Below, in pieces: positions 1-10,082 of a stretch of 64,000 nucleotides of DNA; the stretch's first letter is position 1; each line of letters opens with the position of its first letter. Source of the DNA: an uncultured Gammaproteobacteria bacterium (GTDB lineage Bacteria; Patescibacteriota; Patescibacteriia; Patescibacteriales; UBA12075). The DNA is taken from contig CAYWNT010000007.1 in NCBI GenBank assembly GCA_964459725.1, positions 7,843 through 71,842 on the forward strand, given 5' to 3'. Under the pieces are notes generated by a model, which saw only the letters and a program-made list of their open reading frames with translations, was not told the origin of the DNA and did no database searches. The position numbers and the translations under genes were made by a program.

Positions 1-182
1 TGCACAATACCTCCGCAGAGAGTACCGGCTAGGGCCCAACAAGCACGTCCTCCGTTCTTTCCTTCATTGACGCCGTCTAATTTTTCAGCAACAGCGGCAG
101 GACAAACTCCGAACTCTTCTATTTTTGCTCCACCTGGCTCTCGGCCACATTGTTTTGCTTCCCAACAATTTTGTTTGCTCAT
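1..182 (-). CDS. two-CW-domain-like small protein, N-terminal 60 codons only (runs off window start)
   Basis: ATG at 182-180 on the minus strand. Hand translation: MSKQNCWEAKQCGREPGGAKIEEFGVCPAAVAEKLDGVNEGKNGGRACWALAGTLCGGIV. Two CW motifs with the surrounding Cys/Gly pattern. Absent from the ORF track because no stop lies in the window. Confidence 0.5.
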   Translation of the reverse strand, partial: MSKQNCWEAKQCGREPGGAKIEEFGVCPAAVAEKLDGVNEGKNGGRACWALAGTLCGGIV

Positions 183-242
183 ATTAGTTTTTGTTTTATT
201 AATTAATTAGAGTTTCAACTGTTTTTTATTATAGCATACTTT

Positions 243-2414
243 TTATTTTTTATAAATACGTAAACTATTTCCAATAATGGTTATGTCTGAAAAGCTCATA
301 GCAATAGCCCCAATCATCGGATTTACTAAACCCATCATGGCCAGTGGAATAGCAAGGACGTTATAGAAGAAGGCCCAGAATAAATTTTGTTTGATTATGT
401 TGAATGTTTTTCTTGATAGTTTTATAGCCTCCACTACTTTTAAGGGGTTGTCTTTAATTATAATTATATCACCTGATTCTTTGGCTATGTCAGAGCCAGA
501 TCCAAAGGCAATACCTAGATTTGATTGAACTAGCGACGGAGCATCGTTTATTCCATCACCAACGAATACAGTTCTTTTGTTGTTTTCTTGTAACTTCTTT
601 ACTTCCTTCTGTTTGTCCTGGGGCAAGACTTCAGCAATGTATTTTTCTATCCCTATTTTTAGCGCTGTGTTTTTGGTTGTGACTTCATTGTCACCACTCA
701 TCATAATTACTGGTAGTTTAAGAAGTTTTAATTTTTCAATTGCCTCCTCTGCAGTTTCTTTTATTTCGTCTGTTATTTTTAGATATCCAATTGTATTTCC
801 GGTATGGACTAGAAAGACAATTGTGCCACCAGTTTCTTCTTTTGAGATTATTTCTTTGGCCCACTTAGTGTCAATTTTAAATTTTTCTAGTAATGTAATA
901 TTTCCTAGTAATAAATCCACATTATGTTGAGCGCATTTTCCTGTTATTCCTTTTCCGATTACTTCTTCGAAGTTATTTATCCCTATTTTTATAGCTTTAA
1001 TTTTTTCTCCGTAATTTGTTATTGCTTTTGAGATTGGATGCTTGGAGTTTAGTGATAAAGAGTGGGCAATTTTAATGATCTGGTTGCTTTTAAAGTTGAA
1101 TTTTGGATTAACGACAATATCTTGTACTTTTGGTTCGCCCTTAGTTAGTGTTCCAGTTTTGTCAAAAATAACAGTATCAATATTTTTTGCTTTTTCAAAA
1201 CTTTCACCATTTTTAATTAGTATTCCATTCTGGGCGCCAACACCGGTTCCAATCATGATGGCTATAGGGGTTGCAATGCCAAGAGCGCAAGGACAAGAAA
1301 TGATTAGTACCGCTACAGCATTTATTAGACTAACAGAAAAATCATTAGTTTTTATATACCACCCGATAAAAGTAAGGATAGAAATAGTAACCACAGTCGG
1401 CACAAAAATACTTGATATTTTATCTGCTAGTTTTTGGATCGGCGCCTTGAAGCTTTGAGCTTCTTCTACAGTTCGAATTATTTGAGCTAGCATTGTCTCG
1501 TTTTGTGTTTTTGTGACCCGGGCTTGGATAACTCCATTTATATTCAGTGTTGCACCAAATATTTTAGAGTTTATGCTTTTCGATACTGGCAAACTTTCAC
1601 CAGTCAGCATAGATTCATTGATTGCTGACTCTCCTTCTATCACTACAGCATCAAGTGGAATTTTTTCTCCAGGACGAACTATAAAAATTTCTCCGATTTT
1701 TATTTCATCTATCTCTTTTTCTTTTTCCTTCCCGTTCGGTAAGATAATGTTGGCTTTCTTTACACCAAGTTCCATGAGCTTTTCCATGGCTCTACTTGCT
1801 TTATTAGTAGACTTCAATTCCAAATATTTTCCTAATAAAATCAGCGAAGTTATGGCCGCAGCACTTTCAAAATAAATATGACCCCCATAAAACATTGCCC
1901 AAAGACTGTAAAAGTAAGCTGACAGCGTACCAAGAGAAATCAAAGTGTCCATGTTTGTTTGAAGTCTTTTGATTTGCTCGAAGGCGCTAGAATGAAATTG
2001 CCAACCAGTTATAAAAACTACTAGAAATGCCAAGTCGTGCTGTATCCAGTTTGTGATACTAACTCCCCATAATTCTCCAGGCACTTCCCATTTCCAAAAC
2101 ATGCGTAAAAATATCGGGATAGTCATTAGTATTGCGGCGATAACTTTTAATCTTTGTGTTCGCGCAGCCTTTTCCGCAGCCTTTTTATTTTTAACCTCGT
2201 CTCTCTTTTCTTCTATTTGAAATCCAGTGCTCTGTATTATTTTTTTTATTTCCTCTAGACTTATTTCGTTTTCGTTGAATTCTACGCTGGCTTTCTTGGT
2301 AGCGAAATTTACTTCTGCTTTTTTTATCTTGTCATATTTTTCAAGAGCTAGTTTAATATTGGTGGAGCAGCTAGCGCAATGCATTCCGGATATTTTTATT
2401 GTTTCTTTTTTCAT
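243..2414 (-). CDS. copA: copper-translocating P1B-type ATPase
   Basis: 723 aa. N-terminal HMA motif GMHCASCS, membrane CPC site (SCPCALGIATP), DKTGTLT phosphorylation motif, GDGINDAP hinge. Confidence 0.95.
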   Translation of the reverse strand: MKKETIKISGMHCASCSTNIKLALEKYDKIKKAEVNFATKKASVEFNENEISLEEIKKIIQSTGFQIEEKRDEVKNKKAAEKAARTQRLKVIAAILMTIPIFLRMFWKWEVPGELWGVSITNWIQHDLAFLVVFITGWQFHSSAFEQIKRLQTNMDTLISLGTLSAYFYSLWAMFYGGHIYFESAAAITSLILLGKYLELKSTNKASRAMEKLMELGVKKANIILPNGKEKEKEIDEIKIGEIFIVRPGEKIPLDAVVIEGESAINESMLTGESLPVSKSINSKIFGATLNINGVIQARVTKTQNETMLAQIIRTVEEAQSFKAPIQKLADKISSIFVPTVVTISILTFIGWYIKTNDFSVSLINAVAVLIISCPCALGIATPIAIMIGTGVGAQNGILIKNGESFEKAKNIDTVIFDKTGTLTKGEPKVQDIVVNPKFNFKSNQIIKIAHSLSLNSKHPISKAITNYGEKIKAIKIGINNFEEVIGKGITGKCAQHNVDLLLGNITLLEKFKIDTKWAKEIISKEETGGTIVFLVHTGNTIGYLKITDEIKETAEEAIEKLKLLKLPVIMMSGDNEVTTKNTALKIGIEKYIAEVLPQDKQKEVKKLQENNKRTVFVGDGINDAPSLVQSNLGIAFGSGSDIAKESGDIIIIKDNPLKVVEAIKLSRKTFNIIKQNLFWAFFYNVLAIPLAMMGLVNPMIGAIAMSFSDITIIGNSLRIYKK

Positions 2415-2438
2415 AGAGAATGATTATAAGTTTTAACT

Positions 2439-3197
2439 TTATTCCTTAATGTTTCCTTGGATAGAGATAATTTTTACTTCTGTTTCAATCTCAATTTCAG
2501 CTCTCTTTTTAGCTTCGTTGATAATATGTTCTATTCCACCGCAACAAGGTACTTCCATGCGAACAATTGTTATTGATTGAATATTTTGGGTTCTAAATAT
2601 GAGGCTTAGTTTTTCTATATATGATTCTTGGTTTTGATCAAGTTTTGGACAAAGTATAGATAGTTTTTTGTTCTTTAAAAAATCATTATGAAAACTTCCA
2701 TAAGCAAAGGGAGCGCAATCAGCCGCAATCAGCAAATTGGCATTCTCAAAGTAAGGTGCATCAGGCATTAGAAGGTGGAGTTGAACAGGCCATTGTTCCA
2801 GCGCGGATGTTGTTTGCGGCTGGTTATGATTGTCGTGTCTTTGGTCACTCTTAAAATCTCTCATCATACTTCCTGGGCAACCACACTGCATGGCCGGTTC
2901 TTCGTGTTTTTTTATCTTATCGTAATCATGAATTTTTTTTGCCTCCTCTTCTCCTCTTACTTTTTTAACATGTGTGTATGTTTTTTCCGGGTTGTATTCT
3001 TCTGTTTCAATTTCTACAATTTCCAGAGCGTCTAGTGGGCATACATCCAAGCAAGCCCCCATACCATCACAGAGAAAATCTTTGATTAGCTTTGCTTTAC
3101 CGTCGACAATTTCAAGAGCAGCTTCGGCGCAAATATTTGTGCATTTTCCGCAGCCATTACATTTTTTTTCATGAATTTTTATGATTTTTCTTTTCAT
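2439..3197 (-). CDS. 4Fe-4S dicluster domain protein
   Basis: 252 aa. N-terminal CNGCGKCTNIC and CDGMGACLDVCP ferredoxin motifs. Further Cys pairs (QCGCPG, CPKLD, VPCCGG). Sits between metal-handling genes. Confidence 0.8.
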   Translation of the reverse strand: MKRKIIKIHEKKCNGCGKCTNICAEAALEIVDGKAKLIKDFLCDGMGACLDVCPLDALEIVEIETEEYNPEKTYTHVKKVRGEEEAKKIHDYDKIKKHEEPAMQCGCPGSMMRDFKSDQRHDNHNQPQTTSALEQWPVQLHLLMPDAPYFENANLLIAADCAPFAYGSFHNDFLKNKKLSILCPKLDQNQESYIEKLSLIFRTQNIQSITIVRMEVPCCGGIEHIINEAKKRAEIEIETEVKIISIQGNIKE

Positions 3198-3215
3198 ATT
3201 TTTTATTAGTTTATA

Positions 3216-4718
3216 TTAGTTTGATTTTATTCTAGTTCCACAACCGCAAGTTGAGGAATCTTTGCTTCCACCGCAAGTAGGACTACCACAAGATCCGTTA
3301 CATCCTCCTTGCTTCTCTGGCATGACAATATCTTCCCTTGAGAGCCCTTTGGATGATTTGCGGCCGTCATCAGTTACAATAAATTTCCCCCAGACCATTT
3401 TCATCCAACAGCTAAATTTTAGATCACCAAGCTCAGTTGGAGTAAATTCTATTACTGTTAGCTTTTTGTCTATTTTTTTCTTTATGGTGCCATCGGGGTG
3501 ATATAGAAATATTTCATTGGTACATCCGGTAGCTCCTTTATCATTTATAATCCATCTTACAGGGATATCTTTTTTCAAATACAGCACATTAGGACTATAT
3601 CCTCTGTAGGTTATATCCATTTCAACGGTTTGGAACTCCTCGACATCCCCGGTCACCAGAAATTCTGTTTTACTTTGAGCGCTTACCGGGATTAGGGAAC
3701 TCAAACCATATCCAAAATTAATAAGTCCACGATTGAACATAAACAAACCAAGGACTATTACTAAAACACCGGAAAATTTCATGACCTGTTTTATTTTAGT
3801 GTGTCCAATAATAGTTACAAAATTTCCAAAACCAAACATTAGCGGAATAGTGCCCAGAGAATAGAGAAACATGGCCATAGCTCCGTTAAAGATACTTCCG
3901 GAAGTCAGGGCAAAGAGCTGCATGGCTTGTAATGGACCACAAGGCATAAAGCCGGTTAGTAGCCCAATAATAAAGGGTCCTTTGGGATTTTGATTTTGTT
4001 TGTTTCTGTATAAAAACTTAGCAATGAATTCGGGGGTTCTTAGTTTTATTTTTTTTAACCAACTGTGGTTAGACAAAAGGGAAGCACCCATTAGGATCAT
4101 AAAAACGGAAGCTAGTAGTATAATTATTCCAGAGAAATTTGGGTTAATTCCAAAAAATGAACCAAAACCTCCTAAAATCGCACCAATTGCTGTATAAGAT
4201 ATTAGTCTAGCGATGTTGTATTGTAGGTGAGGAAGCTGTGAAGATGGGAAAGAGAAGCGAGATTTTTTTTCTCGGTTTTTTTCTATGTTGCTTGCTGAAT
4301 AAGTTATTACCAATCCGCCGCACATACCTATGCAATGAAAGCTAGCTAAAACTCCAATTAGAAATATTATTGAAAAGCTGACACTTTGTTCGTTTAACGC
4401 TGACATTAAATTGAATAATTCATATCTTTGTATAATGAAATATCCAATCAGGAAAACAATTAATAAGACCCCCAATATCAAATAAGACTTTGTTTTCTTT
4501 TGTCCGGTGTCATTTTTTGTTGCGATATTATATCCCAGTCTTTCGACTGTCTCGTAGATTTCTTTTTTTTCGCCATTTGTTTCTACTGAGGCTTCGCCTG
4601 TTAGATAGTTAACGTTTGCGTTGTTAATGTTTTTGTCTAATTTTAATTCCTCTTCAATTAGTGTTTTGCAGGCCTTGCAGTGAATACCAGTTATTTTAAA
4701 ATTGAATTTTTTAGGCAT
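3216..4718 (-). CDS. HMA domain / DsbD_2 (UreH-like, often annotated TauE/SafE) membrane protein with C-terminal cupredoxin-like domain and Cys-rich tail
   Basis: 500 aa. GIHCKACK HMA motif, membrane motifs HCIGMCGG and MPCGPLQA, C-terminal beta domain (FSCWMKMVWGKF), tail GGCNGSCGSPTCGG..CGCG. Confidence 0.8.
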   Translation of the reverse strand: MPKKFNFKITGIHCKACKTLIEEELKLDKNINNANVNYLTGEASVETNGEKKEIYETVERLGYNIATKNDTGQKKTKSYLILGVLLIVFLIGYFIIQRYELFNLMSALNEQSVSFSIIFLIGVLASFHCIGMCGGLVITYSASNIEKNREKKSRFSFPSSQLPHLQYNIARLISYTAIGAILGGFGSFFGINPNFSGIIILLASVFMILMGASLLSNHSWLKKIKLRTPEFIAKFLYRNKQNQNPKGPFIIGLLTGFMPCGPLQAMQLFALTSGSIFNGAMAMFLYSLGTIPLMFGFGNFVTIIGHTKIKQVMKFSGVLVIVLGLFMFNRGLINFGYGLSSLIPVSAQSKTEFLVTGDVEEFQTVEMDITYRGYSPNVLYLKKDIPVRWIINDKGATGCTNEIFLYHPDGTIKKKIDKKLTVIEFTPTELGDLKFSCWMKMVWGKFIVTDDGRKSSKGLSREDIVMPEKQGGCNGSCGSPTCGGSKDSSTCGCGTRIKSN

Positions 4719-4739
4719 AAATTTTTTGGTTTATGTTGG

Positions 4740-5033
4740 TTATTTATTTGCCAGCTTGTTTACTTTTATAATTTCATCAATCATTTTTTGTTTTAGTCTT
4801 TCATTTTTTGAGCTACAAGCATTTTTAAAGCAGGTGTTTAAGTGTTTTTCCATCAGCATTTGATGAGCTGACCGGAGAAGCCCTATTGTTGCTAGGTTTT
4901 GTTGCATTATGTTGATGCAGTACTCCTTGGTGTCGATCATTTCCTCCATTTTGGAAATGAGACTTTTCGCCTTTTTGAAGTTGATAGAGATTTTTTTGTT
5001 GTTCATAAGATAAAATTTAATTCTATTACCCAT
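4740..5033 (-). CDS. csoR: CsoR/RcnR-family metal-sensing transcriptional repressor (start may be the second ATG at 5006)
   Basis: About 90 aa helical protein with the family Cys/His pattern (..EYCINIMQQ..AHQMLMEKHLNTCF). First gene of the metal operon. Confidence 0.8.
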   Translation of the reverse strand: MGNRIKFYLMNNKKISINFKKAKSLISKMEEMIDTKEYCINIMQQNLATIGLLRSAHQMLMEKHLNTCFKNACSSKNERLKQKMIDEIIKVNKLANK

Positions 5034-5049
5034 ACCTATGGTAGGGGTA
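5027..5049 (-). promoter_or_regulatory. putative CsoR operator (nested inverted repeat TACCCaTACCtatGGTAgGGGTA)
   Basis: G/C-tract pseudo-palindrome at or just upstream of the csoR start. Resembles the known CsoR operator style (TACCC..GGGTA). Confidence 0.5.
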
Positions 5050-5129
5050 TGCTAATATTGTATTCTTTTTTGTTTTTTTGGTCAAGCCTCTTTTTTGTTA
5101 TTTAGAATCTAGGAGTTTGTCATTATTAA

Positions 5130-5167
5130 AAAAAACAAAAAAAACGAGGAATTAGCTCGTTTTTTTG
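5130..5167 (-). terminator. intrinsic terminator after the histidine kinase gene
   Basis: Stem acgag/ctcgt flanked by A- and T-runs. Confidence 0.6.
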
Positions 5168-5178
5168 TTAATTTTTTA

Positions 5179-7674
5179 TTACAATTCTTGAACTGGTAAA
5201 GTAACGATAAATTTTGTGCCTTTTCCCTCTTTGCTTTCGGTTTTTATGTTTCCGCCGTGTGCCTCTGCTATCCATTTACAGATTGAAAGACCAAGACCTG
5301 TACCTCCTTCGTCGCGCGACCTGGCCTTGTCTACGCGATAGAACCTTTCAAAAATAAATGGTAAATCTTCTTTAGGAATTCCAATGCCGTTATCTTCTAC
5401 TATTATTCTAGCTTTGTCGTCATCTTTTTCAAGTGAGATTTTTATCCACCCGCCGACATCTGTATATTTTATTGAATTTCTAACTATATTTAATAGTAAT
5501 TTTTCCAATTTTGTTTCGTCTCCAATAATGTTGATATTAACATTATTTTTGACTGTGAGGTCTATATTTTTTTGTTTAGTCAAAACTTGGACTGATTGAG
5601 CAATTGCTTTGGTAATAATATTTAAACTAATGATTTCCAGTTCCAATTTTTCAGTTCGAGCATCAGCATTGGTGAGCATGGTAAGATCGGAAATTATTTT
5701 TGTCATTCTTTCCAATTCTTTTTTTACTGTTTGAAAGTACTCTGGCACCTCTTCTTCATTGTTTTTAGCTTCTTTGACTGCTAGGTCGATGTTTCCTTGT
5801 ATTATTGTGAGGGGCGTTCTTATTTCATGAGAAGCATCTGAGATAAATTTAGATTTCAATTTCAGTACTTGATTTAATTTTTCATTAGCCTTCTTTAATT
5901 GATCGGTTCTTTTTTTAACTTTTATTTCTAAATTTTTGTTCAGCTCTTCTATTTTTTCTTTATAAATCATCGTGTCTGTGCTGTCGACACCCATAGAAAT
6001 AGCTCCGTCAATTTTGTAGTTTTTATCGAGAAGTGGAACTACTGAAATATTTAAGTAACGAGGTTCGTCATTTGCTTCTCGGTCAAAAAAGACACATTTA
6101 TCCTTGTGGAAAGATTCACCTGTTTTTAAAAGGGTTTTAAACTTTTCCTTAAGACCCTCTCTTTCGATAAAAGGCAAGTCATAAATACTTGCTCCTAAGT
6201 GATCTGAGCCTCGGGACAATTTTTTGAAATAATTATTTACTGATGTGATTTCCCCCTTCTTATCTAGGGTGATAATGCTAACCGGAGCGTTATTTACAAT
6301 TCTTTTATTAAATTCGCTAAGTTTTTTTACATTATTTTCAGCAATTGTTCTCTCGGTGATGTCTCTAATAACAATAACTACTTGATAGACTTCGCCTTTA
6401 TCGTTTTTGGTGGGCATTATGGTAAATCTATGGTAATAGACTTTCCCATTTTTACTTTTATCTTTTTGTACAAAAGTAATTGGACTTCCTTCATTAAATA
6501 CTTTTGTTACCAAACATTCTTTTTTTCTATTTTTAGCACAGTGCTCCTTAAATAAATTATTTTTATAAGTGGGTATTGTCGAACTGCAATTTAGGCCCTT
6601 TATTTCAGTTATATCTCTTTTTATGTTTTTTGCAAATGACATGTTGCAGCTTACCACAATCATATTTCGATCAACAACGCAGATACTGTCTTGAATAGTG
6701 TCGATTACTTGTTCATAATGTTGTTTGGATTTTTCGATTGTTTCCAGCAGGGCTGTATTTTCAGTGATGTCTTGAATTATAGTAAACCATTCGTCATTGT
6801 TTATAATTTTGGCTGTAGTCATTCTGACATATCGAATCTGTTTGTTTCTGGTTGTAATTTTGGTTTCATAGCTCATGGGAGAGTCATTGGTTCCGTAAAT
6901 ACCTTCCAGTCTGGCCTTTATGCATTCGTCAACCTTGTCTCTTTCCTCTGGGACAAAAAGTCTAATAAAGTTCATTTGCTTTAACTCTCCGGTAGTATAA
7001 CCGGTAATTTTTGTCATGGCCTTGTTTACTTCGGTAAATTTCTTTTTTCTTCCATTCATTATTACAAAACCATCTTTGGCATCTTCGTAAATTGCCTTGT
7101 ATTTCTTTTCAGATTCTCTCAGTTCGTGAAAAAGAATGATATTGGTAATGCTGATAGTTAGTCTTCTTGTGAAATTACAAATTACGTCAATATCCTTTTT
7201 TTCGATATCGGCGGAGAAAACCTCCAAGAAACCTATCACTTCGTTTTTTACAACTAAGGGAGAGATAATGGAATTGGCATCTTTTAGCTTGGTAGATCTT
7301 TTCTTTATTTCTTCAAATTGCTTGGAGAGATAATTCAGTCTATTTTCGCAGAATTCAGCCTTTTTATTCTTGTGTACAATTTGATATTTTTTTAACTTTT
7401 CAAATTTAACTTTCTTTGTTCCAACAACAATATCCTTGTAGCCATTCTTTAAATTGGAGTACCTGATAATAATATTTTGCTTTTTTTCATCTATTACCGA
7501 AATGACAGAGCTGATTTTAATTTTCTGAAGTTTGTTTCCAATTGCTTCAAATATTTTATCCAAATCCATGTCGCCTTTTATGGACTCTATTTCAGTCAAC
7601 AATAAACCAAGCACATTTTCTAGGTTAGGTGCCTTTTTTTTGTCTTCTGTTTTGGATTGAGTCAAAAAGCTCAT
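5179..7674 (-). CDS. cytoplasmic sensor histidine kinase (GAF-like plus three PAS-like modules, HisKA, HATPase_c)
   Basis: 831 aa. H-box SHEIRTPL; N, G1 and G2 boxes (NSIKYT, DNGIGI, GGTGLGLSI). No obvious TM segments. Confidence 0.9.
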   Translation of the reverse strand: MSFLTQSKTEDKKKAPNLENVLGLLLTEIESIKGDMDLDKIFEAIGNKLQKIKISSVISVIDEKKQNIIIRYSNLKNGYKDIVVGTKKVKFEKLKKYQIVHKNKKAEFCENRLNYLSKQFEEIKKRSTKLKDANSIISPLVVKNEVIGFLEVFSADIEKKDIDVICNFTRRLTISITNIILFHELRESEKKYKAIYEDAKDGFVIMNGRKKKFTEVNKAMTKITGYTTGELKQMNFIRLFVPEERDKVDECIKARLEGIYGTNDSPMSYETKITTRNKQIRYVRMTTAKIINNDEWFTIIQDITENTALLETIEKSKQHYEQVIDTIQDSICVVDRNMIVVSCNMSFAKNIKRDITEIKGLNCSSTIPTYKNNLFKEHCAKNRKKECLVTKVFNEGSPITFVQKDKSKNGKVYYHRFTIMPTKNDKGEVYQVVIVIRDITERTIAENNVKKLSEFNKRIVNNAPVSIITLDKKGEITSVNNYFKKLSRGSDHLGASIYDLPFIEREGLKEKFKTLLKTGESFHKDKCVFFDREANDEPRYLNISVVPLLDKNYKIDGAISMGVDSTDTMIYKEKIEELNKNLEIKVKKRTDQLKKANEKLNQVLKLKSKFISDASHEIRTPLTIIQGNIDLAVKEAKNNEEEVPEYFQTVKKELERMTKIISDLTMLTNADARTEKLELEIISLNIITKAIAQSVQVLTKQKNIDLTVKNNVNINIIGDETKLEKLLLNIVRNSIKYTDVGGWIKISLEKDDDKARIIVEDNGIGIPKEDLPFIFERFYRVDKARSRDEGGTGLGLSICKWIAEAHGGNIKTESKEGKGTKFIVTLPVQEL

Positions 7675-7746
7675 TTATTTTTTTATACAGTAAAAAATAA
7701 TGCCAAAAAAATTTAGCAATATTTTTTTATTGCAAATTTTTATTAT

Positions 7747-8430
7747 TTATTTCTTAATTTTTTTATCTTGTATTTTGTATCCAACATCTCTTACGGTGTG
7801 GATGAGTCTATTTTTAAATCCAGTGTCTATCTTTTTTCTTAGGTAACTAATGTATACATCAATCACATTTGAATCATCTGTGAAGTTATATCCCCAGATA
7901 TGTTCACCTATCATGGTTCTGGTGCAAACGTGATTTGGTCGGCGCATCATATAATCAAGCAGTTTATATTCTTTGCTGGAAAGCTGTATTTCTTTGTCGC
8001 CTCTGTATATTTCGTGTGTTGCCGGGTCTAGAATTAAGTCATCAATTTGCAGCCTGGTTGTTTTTACTGTTTTTTCTCGCCTGAGAAGCGCTCTAATCCG
8101 AGCTACAAGCTCACCAAAGGCAAAAGGTTTTATTAAATAATCATCAGCTCCGGCATCGAGACCTTTTATTCTGTCATCAACTGTATCTTTAGCTGTAAGC
8201 ATTATGATTGGAGTTTCCACTTTGTTTTCTCTTAGCTTCTTACAAACTTCAATTCCGTTAATCTTTGGAATCATGATGTCCAGAATGATTATATCGTAAC
8301 TGTTTAATTCAGCTTTTTCTAGGCCCTCTTCGCCATCATAGGCCGTGTCAACAGTATGTTGCTCCATTTCTAAGCCTTTTTTAATAAAACGTGAAATTTT
8401 GATTTCATCTTCAACTACTAAGATAGTCAT
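7747..8430 (-). CDS. OmpR/PhoB-family response regulator
   Basis: 227 aa. Receiver domain (ILVVEDE..DLMIP-like..LTAK) plus a winged-helix C-terminus (..YISYLRKKI..TVRDVGYK). Confidence 0.93.
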   Translation of the reverse strand: MTILVVEDEIKISRFIKKGLEMEQHTVDTAYDGEEGLEKAELNSYDIIILDIMIPKINGIEVCKKLRENKVETPIIMLTAKDTVDDRIKGLDAGADDYLIKPFAFGELVARIRALLRREKTVKTTRLQIDDLILDPATHEIYRGDKEIQLSSKEYKLLDYMMRRPNHVCTRTMIGEHIWGYNFTDDSNVIDVYISYLRKKIDTGFKNRLIHTVRDVGYKIQDKKIKK

Positions 8431-8645
8431 ATTTTTTAGATTAATATTTTTAGATTAATATTTTATTAATTACTGCTTTAACTATATTATAAAAATATTA
8501 AAAATAGATTAAAATAATAGATTGATACTATTTTTAGTTTAATCCTTTTGTTCTTACTTGTAAAGTTAGTATTATTCTGATAGTATAGAAAGGTGTTTTT
8601 AAGACATTTTTCTATAATAAGAAATTTATAAAGTTAATTAAATTT

Positions 8646-9710
8646 ATGGCACTATCAATCGGAATTGTAGGGCTTCCCAATGTGGGAAAATCTACCATGT
8701 TTAATGCATTAACCAAGAAAAAGGCTGAAGCTTCAAATTATCCCTTTTGTACAATTGATCCTAATGTGGGAGTGGTGAAAGTTCCAGATGGAAGATTAAA
8801 CGAACTTGCCAAAATATCCAATTCTAAAAAAATAATTCCAACTACTATTGAGTTTACAGATATTGCAGGTCTAGTTAAGGGTGCCAGCGGAGGAGAGGGA
8901 TTAGGAAATAAATTCCTAGCAAACATAAGAGAGTGTGACGCAATTTGTGAAGTTGTTAGAAATTTTGAAGATGATAATATTGTTCATGTAAATGGAAAAA
9001 TTAATCCATTGGATGATAAGGAGACAATTTCCATGGAACTCATCTTGGCAGATTTGCATACTATAGAAAAAAGATATGAGAAACTAAAGAGAGACTCAAA
9101 GAGTGGAGACAAGGAAATGATAAGACAAAGAGAAATAACTGGAAGAATAAAAGATCAACTAGAGGCAGGGAGGGCCGTTCGTGGAATGGAATTTGATAAA
9201 GAAGAGGAAAAATACGTAAAAGAGCTAAACCTATTGAGCATAAAGCCTATTATTTATGTTTTAAACGTCACCGATAATTCCGGCGAGGTAGAGACAGGTG
9301 AGTGGGATGGGGAGGTTTTGAAATTGAATATAAAGCTAGAAGAAGAGATTGCAAATCTATCAGAAGAGGATCAAATTGAATATATAAAAGAATTGAACTT
9401 GGATGAGAGTGGTCTAGATAAGTTGATTAAGGTGTCATACAAGCTTTTAGAATTGGTTACATTTTTAACAACAGGACCAGAGGAGACTCGAGCCTGGACA
9501 GTTCGAAATGGATCTTTGGCACCAACTGCAGCAGGAGTTATTCACTCTGATATCGAAGACGGCTTTGTTCGAGCTGAAGTTATCGACTGGAAGGAGTTGG
9601 TAAAAACAGGGAGTGAGGCAGCAGCACGAGAGCAAGGGTTAATTCGGGTGGAAGGAAAGGATTATGTTATCAAGGATGGTGATGTTTGTCATTTTTTGCA
9701 CAACAAGTAA
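8646..9710 (+). CDS. ychF: redox-regulated/ribosome-binding ATPase YchF
   Basis: 354 aa. GIVGLPNVGKSTMFNALT P-loop; TGS-like C-terminus (..VIKDGDVCHFLHN). Confidence 0.95.
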   Translation: MALSIGIVGLPNVGKSTMFNALTKKKAEASNYPFCTIDPNVGVVKVPDGRLNELAKISNSKKIIPTTIEFTDIAGLVKGASGGEGLGNKFLANIRECDAICEVVRNFEDDNIVHVNGKINPLDDKETISMELILADLHTIEKRYEKLKRDSKSGDKEMIRQREITGRIKDQLEAGRAVRGMEFDKEEEKYVKELNLLSIKPIIYVLNVTDNSGEVETGEWDGEVLKLNIKLEEEIANLSEEDQIEYIKELNLDESGLDKLIKVSYKLLELVTFLTTGPEETRAWTVRNGSLAPTAAGVIHSDIEDGFVRAEVIDWKELVKTGSEAAAREQGLIRVEGKDYVIKDGDVCHFLHNK

Positions 9711-9733
9711 TTAGTGAGAAAAATATTTAGAAT

Positions 9734-9765
9734 AAAAAAACAGAGTCTTAAGACTCTGTTTTTTT
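9734..9765. terminator. bidirectional intrinsic terminator between ychF and tRNA-Leu
   Basis: A-run, perfect hairpin cagagtctt/aagactctg, then T-run. Confidence 0.75.
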
Positions 9766-9766
9766 G

Positions 9767-9850
9767 TGCCCAGGGCGGGACTTGAACCCGCACGGAGTTG
9801 CCTCCAAGAGATTTTAAGTCTCTCGTGTATACCAGTTTCACCACCTGGGC
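9767..9850 (-). tRNA. tRNA-Leu (anticodon TAA), long variable arm
   Basis: Reverse complement: gcccaggtggtgaaactggtatacacgagagaCTTAAAAtctcttggaggcaactccgtgcgggttcaagtcccgccctgggca. Cloverleaf folded by eye. Confidence 0.9.
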
Positions 9851-10082
9851 AGATTTTTAGCTATTTAAAATTAAAAAAACAACAACTTTTCACGTTGCTT
9901 TTTAATTATGGTAGCAAATAATATTATTTTTTGCAAATTTTTTGCTTTTGACAAAATTTAAAATTTATTATAATATAATACAACTTTCAATTTTTGTTCA
10001 TTTTTAATTTAGATTCTGTTTATTCGGAACCAGTTAATAAGTTACTACATATAATCTGGTAATATTTTTGAGGAGAAGAGCA

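Noticed and set aside
577-2436. Plus-strand ORFs 577..930, 1042..1458, 1513..1875 and 2227..2436.
   Set aside because: They lie entirely antisense to the well-supported copA gene. Their low-complexity Ser/Phe/Ile-rich translations are typical of shadow ORFs in AT-rich DNA.
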